Shown: positions 14,854-24,394, numbered from the stretch's first letter. The stretch: DNA of 40,203 nucleotides from Mycoplasmatales bacterium (GCA_014238525.1 JABAAY010000004.1:1-40203); one strand, 5' to 3'. The notes: generated by a model from the letters alone, not told the origin. Numbers and translations are program-made.

Positions 14854-14859
14854 ATTATA
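14854..14859 (-). promoter_or_regulatory. -10 box of a probable leaderless parA transcript
   Basis: TATAAT 6 nt before GTG 14847. Confidence 0.6.
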
Positions 14860-14901
14860 TCTTTGTTTTATTGATAATATTGAAGACTTTTATCTTTTTG
14901 T

Positions 14902-16371
14902 TTATATTGAACTTTGAAAAATTCCTTGGCCTGCACTAAAAACTCCAAACGCAATTAAAAAGTATACTGAATTACTAAGTGCATCAGTAATTGTTGTTAA
15001 TAAAGGAACACCCATAATTGCGGGATCAAGTTTTAATTTTTGAGCAATAACCGGGACACTACCCCCCACTATATTTGCTAATAAAACAGCAGGAATGATT
15101 GCTACTGTGGCAGAAATTGCAGCACCGTATTGTTCTGGTCCTATAATAGAACCATTAGGCCGTTCACCAACAATTAAATTTGTTATTGTATAAACGAAAA
15201 GTGATCTTGGTATTTCAATTACGGCTAAAACAGTTCCCACAATTAAAGAAATTCTAGACTCCAACCAAACAACCTTGAGGAGGTCGGTTTTTTTTATTTC
15301 TCCTATAGCAAGCCCTCTCACCACAATCGTTACTGCTTGACTACCTGTGTTGCCTGCAGTATCAGAAATAATGCCTGTTAAAACAGCAACAAAAGCAAAA
15401 ACAGTTGCCCCTTGGACAAAATTACCGCTATCTCGAAACAAAAGCAAAAATGCACTATTCACAAATTGATACAAAGAGGTGGAAATTATTAAAAAAACTA
15501 GTCACGGTATTCTTTTTCCGCTATTTCTTAGATATCCCGATCTAAAATAATTGTGTCTATCTGGTGTAATATTTGCTAATCGTTGTATGTCTTCTGTTGC
15601 TTCTTCTTCTATAACGTCGATAACATCATCCACACTGATAACGCCAGCCAATTCAAATAAACTATTAACAACAGGAATTTCCAGTAAATCATAATTTTTA
15701 ATAAACTCAACAACTTTTTCTTGATCATCTGCCGTCTTGACAAAAATTATTTCTTTTTTCATTATTTCTTCTATTTTTTTAGAATTATCAGTAATCAATA
15801 AATCTTGTGCAGTGACATACCCCTTTAAGTGGTTGCCTTCATCAACAATATAATATAAAGGTAATTTTTCATATTTTCCTATATTTTTTTTAATGAAATC
15901 TATACAACTAGCAACTGTCTTTTCAAGCCTAAAATAGATATAATCGATATTCATTAAACTTCCCGCGGTGTCTTCTCCGTACTTTAAAAGTTGGTTAATT
16001 TCTTTCCTTGTTTCTTTGTTAGAAGCTGCAATAATTCTTTTGGAAATATCGTTAGGCATTTCCTCTAGTAGTTCAACAAGATCATCACTATATAGTGAAT
16101 TTAAAATATTAGAAATTTCTTTACTATTCAAATTGTCAATGATTTGTTCTTGAAATTCCGGATCTAAATAACTGAATAGTGTTGCGCTGTCACCTGTTTT
16201 CAAGCAACGAAGAACAAATAGTTGTTCTTTTTCATCTAATTGTTGAAATAATTGTACAAAATCATAAATATTCGTCTCTTTAGCTCAATATCTAATTTTT
16301 TCTAAACTTTTTTTCTCAATTAATTCTTTTAGAGATGCAAGGTCAATGGATGATGCTGGTTTTTTTAGCAT
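14902..16371 (-). CDS. mgtE: Magnesium transporter MgtE
   Basis: ATG 16371 with an AGAGGT SD; N-domain, YGEDTAGSLM and a CBS pair, EEEATEDI, AGNTGSQ, DPAIMGVPLLTTITD; 489 aa across TGAs. Confidence 0.96.
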
Positions 16372-16373
16372 TA

Positions 16374-16980
16374 TTATTTACCTCTTTTTTCTGTGATAAT
16401 TGAAAATATAACTTTAGAAATATCTGCCGATAGAACTCTATGAAGTTTGCCGTTAAGTGCGTACGAAATCTTGCCATTAGTTTCAGAAACAACAATTGCA
16501 AAAACATCTGATTGTTCACTCGCTCCAACTGCGGCTCTGTGTCTACTCCCATAATTAGATGACATCTTTTTTTTTCATGGGAAGGTACGAGGCAACAGAA
16601 ATGACTCGATCTCCTCTAATTATTAATGCTCCATCGTGTAAAGGAGAGGTTTTTTGAAACAAAGCAACTATGATTTGTGGTTGAATAATGGAATCCATTG
16701 GTACTCCTAAATCTATGTAACTTTTGACCTGTACTTTTCTTTCGATTAATATTAATCCACCTATTTTGTTTTGTGATAATTCAGAAATGGCTGTTGCCAA
16801 TTTATTAGCAATTTGTTTTTTTAATTCAATTCCTGATAGTTTTTTTCGTCCACCAAAAAATGTTTTAGATTTAGCAATTAAAGGTTGTAGAAAAGCAAAG
16901 TATCCAAAAAGAATAAACAAAAATATCACCATACTAAATGTGACAGCGGTAAGTATTAAAACAGTTTGTAGCGGATCCAT
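16374..16980 (-). pseudogene. cdaA: Diadenylate cyclase (CdaA/DacA-type) interrupted by a frameshift at an A9 run (real or artefact)
   Basis: Frame 1 has an N-terminal TM, GGLILIER and SPLHDGA, then ends at TAA 16555. Frame 2 carries YGSRHRAAVGASEQSD...VVSETNGKIS. Total span is 607 nt (3n+1). Confidence 0.9.
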
Positions 16981-16986
16981 AACTGT

Positions 16987-16992
16987 ATTATA
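16987..16992 (-). promoter_or_regulatory. -10 box of a probable leaderless cdaA-mgtE transcript
   Basis: TATAAT 6 nt before ATG 16980. Confidence 0.6.
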
Positions 16993-17069
16993 GTGAACAA
17001 AAGAAACAATTTTCTATTATTTAAATTTTTTATTATCTCAATTAGATTTATTTATAAATAGATTTAATA

Positions 17070-19631
17070 CTATGAAGTAGCGCCAATATTCATTCAAGTA
17101 CCGGTGATAATTACATTGCTTGCAAAGGTGACCCCAGTGATTGTTACATTTTCACCATTAATTGCTCCAAAACTTGTTTGTACAGTATTTAGATCGTAAG
17201 TTCCCGTGACTTCGGTAAGTGTTATTGTGTATGTAGGAGTATCCCCCGCACCACCAGCGTCTGTTCTTTGAACAGAAGTTCCTAGAAGACCTCCTGCTGC
17301 TAGTGAATTAACATCTTCAACTGGAACACTTAATGCTGTGGCAAGTTGATTTATTAAAAACACTGCACTTGGAGAGGTTGGAAGAATAGTTGAAAAACTC
17401 ATTCTTTGCACGATCGCATGTATTTCAATTTCTCTGCTGTCTACTGGCACAATACCGCTAACGCCTGTTTCAGGGTTAATTGACAAAGAAGCACCGTCAA
17501 ATCCTATTGAAACTCTCATTTCTCCAGAAAACGAATCTTGATTGGAAAGAGTGTTAACAACAGGCGCAAGTGCAATTCTGACTTCGTATCCTGAGCTGGT
17601 TGCTGTAATATTTGATGCACTAATGGATGCAAAAAATATGCTTGTAATTGTAGCGTTTGGTTCGCTAATATTAATGTGTGCAGTCATTGCACTTAACATT
17701 TCTTCAGCCAAAAGACCAAGATTGTTTATATCTGAACTGTTGTAATTCCTCAATTCATTAACATCACTTATTATTTGAGCAACAAATGTGCTTCCACTTA
17801 AACTTAAACCCGTGGTACCATCTGTAGCAATTGTAAACGAACCGCTTGTATAATCAATTGTTGTCACCGCAGTGCCACCAATGATTTCTCCTGTACTCGC
17901 AGTTCCCGTCATTGCCACACTAGCAGTAAAAATATCCCCTGATTCTGAAATGTCTTGAGTAGTAATTTCGGTAAAATTCAACTCCCTTACAGTGTTGCCT
18001 GTGGATACATCGGATAAATTATTATTTATAGAAACTAAGTAATTTTGCGCCAATCTTCCTATTTGTTGTCCTACAATGTATGAACTAATCTCATTAATAG
18101 CATTAACGATTACACTTTCATTAGGTAAATCGGACAAAGTAAGTCCCGTTACGCCGCCTGATGCAACAGATAATGTGGAGGTTACGGGATCATATGAAAT
18201 CGTTGCCACGGCATTTCCACTAATTGCCTGGCCGTCATCTGCTGTTCCTGTCATTGCTATAGTGACTGTATATACATTACTGTTCTCGCTTAAGTCTTCA
18301 GTAGTTATAGGTGAAAAGGTAAGACTCGTTACAAAAAGAGAATTATCCGCGCTTTCAGTTCGTATGTTATTATTAATTGCTGTTAAAAATTCTGCTGTTA
18401 CTCCCGATACCTGTGAGTTCGCTCTGTAGTCTTGCAAACCATTAATGCTTGTAACTATTCTATCTTCAACATTTCCTTCATTAACACCTAATCCAGTGAC
18501 AGTGCCTGCAACTAGAGTTTCACCAGAAATTGTAAATGAAGTGTTTATTTGCCCGGAAATAACATCATCCGTTGTAGTTAAACCTGTAACAGCGCCTGTT
18601 GAAACCGTATACTCGTTATTTGCGAATCTAATGGCTGCATTGTTTATTTGAGCAAACTGCATACTTTGAATGCTCGAGGAAGGGTCTGTTGCAAGATTAT
18701 TATTTATTTCTTGTAAAATGCTTCCAGCCAACCCTGTTGGTAAATTACTAGGGTTTATTGTGTAGTTGGAAAAAACATTTATAGCATCTCTTATGAATGC
18801 TGAGTTTTGGGGATTTATAATTTCAAGTTGTGAAACGCCTGTAACGCTTAAAACATCGTTTTGATTTGCTATAGCAACTCTGATTGTACCAAAGACGTCT
18901 CTAGAGATTTCAGAACTGCCGGAAGGTATATTTACTGTTGTTCCGCTCACAGAAAAATCAGCTTGAAAATTAGTGAATCCTTCTCCTGTAGTTGAAACAT
19001 TAGTGTTTTGTATTGGAGTAAATTGTAATGAGTCTAAAACATCTCCCTCTAGGTTGTTTCCAATTACAACATTTGTTTGAGCAATAAATTCTTCAGACAA
19101 ACCTGAATATATATTAGTTCTTGAATAATTATTTGTTGCATTTAAAGCAGAAACAATCTGACTAATAACTGCGGTGTTTGACACTTGTAAATTACTAACG
19201 TCAGAGGTTGCGGTGTCAATACTAAAATTTTCATTAACAAATCTAGCAGCAATAGTTATTGTGCCGGTTACAAGCAAGCTTGAGTTAGTTTCTCCACTTA
19301 TGTCGATATTAATCGACAATTCATTTGTAGTGCTATCGACAATAACGTTTTGGCTTTGCAATGCGGCAAAAGTTAGAGAATTAAGCTCTGAATTGGGCAC
19401 GCTGCTGGAAATTCCGTTATTGATTAAACTTATCACCTCTGTTTGGAAACCATCCGGACTAAAAGTCATTCTGTTGTATTGGTCAAGTCCGTTTAACTCA
19501 TTTGTGAAGGCAACGCTTCTATCTGTTGTAGGTTCAGAAGCACATGCTTGTGCAACGGCTGCTACCGCTACGCCGGTTCCTAATGCTGTTACACCCATTA
19601 AAGTTGCTAGTTTATTTTTGTTTTTTTTCAT
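17070..19631 (-). CDS. Large AQxC-family lipoprotein, 853 aa, six tandem ~115-aa repeats plus a C-terminal domain
   Basis: AVAQA-C30 lipobox; extends past TGA 17094 to TAG 17070; repeats visible by eye. Confidence 0.88.
17440..19508 (-). repeat. Six degenerate protein-level tandem repeats (112-121 aa)
   Basis: Anchor motif (I/F)xxx(I/L/V)NxxxxY starts at about 19508, 19157, 18794, 18458, 18110 and 17774, followed by 'INNN(L/I)', 'SLxF', 'ISG' and 'GVTGL'-like motifs. Confidence 0.85.
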
Positions 19632-19688
19632 GAAATTTCTCTTTTCTTTTATTTATATAGTACATTCTTATTTTTTGTTATTTTAATT

Positions 19689-20339
19689 TTATTTGATTTT
19701 TTTCAATCTATGTTTGTTTACTGTGACTGTAAAATCATTTATTAATACGAGAGTATACAAAGCCAAACCCAATACGAAATATAAGTCGCCAATGTTCGTA
19801 ATAAAGGAAACTTGACCGCGCGCGCCTGTAAAATACTGCCCTCAGTTTATATAAATGTAGTCTATAACAACCGGAAGTCCGTCTCGATTAGTAAAAATAA
19901 ATCTATCAACAAAATGACTAAATAAGCCTGTGAACATCAATCCCACAAATAAAGTGTGTGAAGATTTTTTAGTAAACAACAGCAGCAGCAATAATGGCGC
20001 TAATATGACAACGGAAACAATTCATATTCCCACCTGGTCTCGTCCTCCAGGAAAGGTGCCAAAGAATAAACCCTCGTTGCCAATTAAGTAAATTCCGAAA
20101 GCAGAAGTTGGTTCAGCTCTTCCTGTGGGAAAGTTATTCGTTGGTATTGTGTTAAATCCATAAATACTTGGATTGATAACAGCATAGACCGCAATAAGCC
20201 GTATGGATATGAAAATCAGAATCAAAAATAGAAAAATAAAAATTTTGCTAAAAATTATTTTTTTTAACCTTTGTTTGTTTGTTTGTTCTTTTAATTTTTT
20301 AAAATTCACTGATTTCTGCCTGTACAGTTTCTGAAACAT
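19689..20339 (-). CDS. lspA: Lipoprotein signal peptidase II, divergent
   Basis: Code 4: four hydrophobic segments, GNEGLFFG, GLFSHFVDRF, VVIDYI, ITNIGDLY (both catalytic Asp positions present). Start could be 20339 or 20390. Confidence 0.82.
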
Positions 20340-22266
20340 CTTGGGCAAAAATGTTTTTGCCGATGTACTCTCCACACAATAAAGAAACATCTAATTTCAT
20401 TGCAGTAATTAACAAAGTATGTGTGTCAATATTTATTAGAGCGGTTTCTATTTTGTTCTTTTTTATGTTATCTAATGATATCTTAAAGCCTTGTAATAAG
20501 GACCTATCCTTATGAACAGCATTAATGGTATACGGCTTAAAAAGTACAAAAGCTGGTTGGATTTTAGGAAGAAGTTCATGGTGTTTTTTGCTTTTGTAAT
20601 CAAAATTACTCAAAATTATTCTAATTTTATTTTCGTTTAATGTTTTTATTTTTTCAAGGAGCGTGTTTGTGATGGATGATAAATGTTCACAATTAAAGTC
20701 AATCATAATCTTGCTTGGGTTTATCCCAAAATTACGAATGCGTTCGACAAAAGAATGTGGATTAAATCATTCGTTATTTATAGAGCCTGCGTCATAAGTT
20801 ATGGCAAGGGGTTGTTTGGTGTTGCCCTGCAAAACGTATTGATTAATACTTAGTCCGGCGAAATACCTAAGCATTGTATCGTACAAAAATTTATCATATA
20901 CATAATCAAATAATTCTTTAACGTTGGAAAATCGATTCATCTTCGAAATATAGTAACGCGAGTTATAAAAAATGATTTTTGAATTAACTGAGGAAACGAC
21001 TGGCATGTATTCAACTTGTAAATCCCTTATGGGGAATAAATTAGATAAAGCACTAAATTTTTTGCTTTCTGTAATTCCTTCGTTTCATATCTTAGGGTTA
21101 AATATGGACACATGCTTACATTTGGTTGAATCAGGTTTTTGTAAAAAGTTCTTTTGATTGTAAGTCTCTAATTCTTCTAAAGAGTTAGAATGAACACCAT
21201 AATAACTCACTACACACCGCGGATTTATGCTTTTGTATTTGTTTTCGTTTTTTTGAATTTTTTTCTTAATGTTTAAAGCAGATTGTTCCAACAACAATAA
21301 GAAGTTGTCGTTTTTTAAGTGGTAATCTGGAGAGTCCATTTGCTCGCTAGAAACAACATTAGAGAGATTTTCAATTGGTTTAAATAATCCATATTGATCT
21401 TTTGTAATTTCAAAAAGCAAAATATCATCATTAGAATATGTGTGACCCAACTCATGCCGCAATTCATTAAGGAAAGACTGTTTTGCTCTTGTGCCGTGTT
21501 TAATTTCAAGAGTTTTTAATGCTTCGAAACCAAACGTTACAAAAAAACCAGCAGTTACATTTTTGATATTTATAAATTTTTCTATCTCAGTAAAAGCCAA
21601 GGAAGATCTGATAAATTTTTCATAAACGTATATGTTTACAATATTTAATTGAAATGCACTATTTACAACGGAAGTTATATAGGCAAAAGCAATAGAAAGA
21701 AGAGATAGAGAAAGAAAACTTCATAAAACACCATATAAGTTTGTGGTTTGATCAAGAGATGGGAAAGCCCTTGTTGGTGTAATAAAATAATAAATCAATA
21801 TTAGGCCCACAGTTTGAAAAATAATTGAAAGAACAATAGCTATGCTTTTATATTTTTTTAAAATAAGAGAAACAATTCAATAAAAAATAATTGCTACGAA
21901 GACAACAAGAAAAATTACATTGGTTTGTGTGCTTGATGAGTAATTAGCTAAATCAATTACCCAACTACTTGCAATAGTAAGAACGCCAACAATCGGATTT
22001 ATAAATATTCCTATCACCAAAGGGATTATTACGGCATAACTTATAGAAAAAAAGCTTTCCGTTGTTCTTTGAAATAACAAACTTTGGAATAAGTTTAGGA
22101 GAATAATGATCGCAGCTCATTCAAGAAAAATAACAGCACTATACACCTTTCTAAAATTGGAATTAATAAATGGCTGAAGAACAGCTCATGTCGTGGAAAA
22201 AATAATAATTATTAATAAAAGGAGTGCAAGATTAAGGAGAATTTCAAATACTATGGAATCTAACAT
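20299..22266 (-). CDS. Multi-pass membrane protein with degenerate GGDEF-like and EAL-like domains (655 aa)
   Basis: Four track ORFs share one frame from ATG 22266. About 200 aa of TM helices, then LEIKHG...LFEITKDQYGLF...VVSYYG (GGDEF-like layout), then VEYMPVV...GFKISLDNI...LLCGEYIGK (EAL-like layout). Confidence 0.7.
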
Positions 22267-22272
22267 TTTTTT

Positions 22273-22652
22273 TGGTGGAGATGGTGGGAATCGAACCCAC
22301 GTCCAGACTAAACAATCCTAAAACGTCTACAGTTTAGGGTGCCTTGTTTTTAACTATGAAAATATAAGACAACCAAAACTTCTCATAGCGAGTTCTCTAA
22401 AATTTCAACTGATTAGCGAGAAAATAATCAATCTATTCGGTTTATTTGGCGTTTGCCTGTAGACTACCGACTCATCTACAAGAAACGGGTTTCTGCTTTA
22501 TTAAGCAGTAGCAAAAGTGCTTGAAGCACCTCTACTTTGTAAGAAACCAAGGTCGACTTTTTTTTCGTCTGCGGTTATAAAACCTAGTGTCTATTAGGTA
22601 GACAACCACTGCAATTTTAGGTTGATAAAATCTGTCGAAGCCCTACATCCCC
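22273..22652 (-). ncRNA. ssrA: tmRNA
   Basis: 5' GGGGATGTAGGGCTTCGAC and 3' GTGGGTTCGATTCCCACCATCTCCACCA; 7-bp acceptor stem with the G3-U Ala identity pair; 380 nt; internal tag frame; smpB is nearby. Confidence 0.97.
22501..22572 (-). other. tmRNA tag reading frame (A)ADEKKVDLGFLQSRGASSTFATA**
   Basis: ATAACC followed by the GCA resume codon, open to tandem TAA TAA. Confidence 0.85.
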
Positions 22653-22658
22653 AATAAA

Positions 22659-22664
22659 ATTATA
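22659..22664 (-). promoter_or_regulatory. -10 box of ssrA
   Basis: TATAAT 6 nt before the mature 5' G at 22652. Confidence 0.65.
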
Positions 22665-22724
22665 GTTCTTTTTTGTTAATTTTTAAAAATTAATTTTACG
22701 AAATAAATATAAAATAAGTAAATC

Positions 22725-23681
22725 ATGAATAATAGAAAAAGTAAATTTAAAAAAGTGTTTTTGGGTGGCATTGGCGGTGCTGCAGTTATTACAAGTGTTG
22801 TAGCACAGGCATGTGGCGATGATAGTTCTCAATTCATAAATCAAAATTTTATACTGAAAGAAATAAACTCTTTTTCAGAAAATTTTAGAATAAATGAACT
22901 TACCCAAAATCAAGAAAACATGCGAGACGGAATTTTAAATACTGTAAACAATTTAAACGCTGGAATATATAATCAAAATCCCGCACGCACAACATATGAT
23001 CTTCTAGCAAATATAAATTTTCCCGAGCTTTCAATTTCAAATATTCGTGTGGTTCCTGGTTCGTTCAATCAGGATTTTATAATAAACTATGATTCGCCAA
23101 TAACTTTTATTGGTCAGAGCACACAATTCGAAGGAATTAACAAAAACTTTTCAAACGTACAAAATAATAGCGGCACGACTATTTTGATTACATTAAGCGA
23201 TAAAATTATACAAAATTTTGGGATTTTAAATATTGCTGCCGTTAATTCTTCAGAAAAAATTACTTTGCCAACCTTCCTGAGTCGTTTAGATATTGAAATT
23301 CTTTTGAATAAATTATCCAATGCTCAACAAAACGAAATATTTGACTATCAAGAATCACCTTCTTTTTATTCCTTAATTTCGTTTATTAATGCATTAGGTA
23401 TTCAACAAGGTGTAGATTTTTTTGGTGGTCAAGGATTTTTATTTTTAGAAAATTTTACTTTCGAAAATATTATTGAATACAATGAACAAACACTAAAAGG
23501 AAGAATTTTTATAAAAAGGACTGATTTTGGTATTCGAATCGGTAGTGGGGTGTTCAACAGTCAGTGGCAATTGCCTGGTGGGCAATCCGCTCATTTATTT
23601 GAAGAAAGTGTTGTTTTATCTTTTGAAGTTTTCCTGGGCTCTGGTGTGGACGGCAACGACTTGATAAGTTTTTATGTATAA
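22725..23681 (+). CDS. AQxC-family lipoprotein, 318 aa
   Basis: MNNRKSKFKK...VVAQA-C30; N/I/F-rich mature region. Confidence 0.85.
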   Translation: MNNRKSKFKKVFLGGIGGAAVITSVVAQACGDDSSQFINQNFILKEINSFSENFRINELTQNQENMRDGILNTVNNLNAGIYNQNPARTTYDLLANINFPELSISNIRVVPGSFNQDFIINYDSPITFIGQSTQFEGINKNFSNVQNNSGTTILITLSDKIIQNFGILNIAAVNSSEKITLPTFLSRLDIEILLNKLSNAQQNEIFDYQESPSFYSLISFINALGIQQGVDFFGGQGFLFLENFTFENIIEYNEQTLKGRIFIKRTDFGIRIGSGVFNSQWQLPGGQSAHLFEESVVLSFEVFLGSGVDGNDLISFYV

Positions 23682-24378
23682 AAAACAAATTTATACCGTG
23701 AAAAGCTTTGAGTGCCTTGAAAGCACTCAAAGCGAAATAATGTTGAAAAAATGGGATAAATACGAAGACTTTCTTTTTTTAGAAACCGAAAGCCAAACTA
23801 AGGGACTAACCCGAAAAAAAAACACTCTTTGACATTCAAAAAAAGGAGATATTCTTTTCTCTTTGCGTTTTAAATCAAAATTACTGAGTTCTCAAATAAT
23901 GTTTTTAAATTTTATAATCGCACAACAAATTATTAAGGTAATTGTTTCCTCCCCTGGAGCAATCCTGAAAATAAAATGGCCCAATGATGTTTATTTAGGG
24001 AAAGAAAAAGTTGCTGGTATTTTAACGAACGTTTCTTCCTTATTAAACACTGATGAAAAAATAGTCTACATTGGTGTCGGAATAAATACTTCTCAAGACA
24101 GAAGTAAATCTTCAAGAGTTAAAATTAACTCAAAGTGATTGTTGTTTGAAAAAATTGTTGAAAAAATTAAACGGTTTGAAGATAATCCTTCCTTGTATAC
24201 AAAAAAAATTCAAAAATCATTTACGAAGTATGATTATTTCAAAGACATGCATTTAATACATAAAAATAAAAAACATAAATCAATCGGCATAGATCGTTCT
24301 GGATTTCTTTTGATTGGTACTAGAGGGGAAATAATTACTATTTACGATACAAAAGAAATTCAATATATTAAAAAATAA
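23674..24378 (+). CDS. birA: Biotin--protein ligase (class I, no HTH), 234 aa
   Basis: Code 4 from ATG 23674: LESTQ, ETESQTKG...W(TGA)HSKKGDILFS, KIKWPNDVY, KVAGIL, IGVGIN, GIDRSGFLLI. Confidence 0.9.
23705..23733. repeat. Perfect 11-bp inverted repeat with a 7-nt spacer
   Basis: GCTTTGAGTGC-cttgaaa-GCACTCAAAGC. Confidence 0.9.
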
Positions 24379-24394
24379 TCTCTATAATTAGAAA

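Noticed and set aside
13173-14901. parS site near parAB
   Set aside because: No match to the TGTTNCACGTGAAACA palindrome found by eye.
16993-17069. Terminator or sRNA after the large lipoprotein gene
   Set aside because: Only weak A/T-only symmetry, with no stable stem.
17542-19686. Plus-strand ORFs opposite the large lipoprotein (and 2219-2638, 26286-26972, 29614-29937, 39075-39554)
   Set aside because: Antisense shadows of well-supported genes with no recognisable motifs.
20299-22272. Genomic island integrated at the ssrA 3' end
   Set aside because: No integrase, no duplicated ssrA 3' fragment seen, and downstream genes include housekeeping lspA, mgtE and parAB.
22273-22305. tRNA gene
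   Set aside because: The T-arm and CCA pair with a 5' end 380 nt away, with a tag frame in between: this is tmRNA.
23790-23840. BirA as a natural promiscuous R118G-like variant
   Set aside because: The Arg equivalent to E. coli R118 appears retained (GLTR); only neighbouring residues differ.
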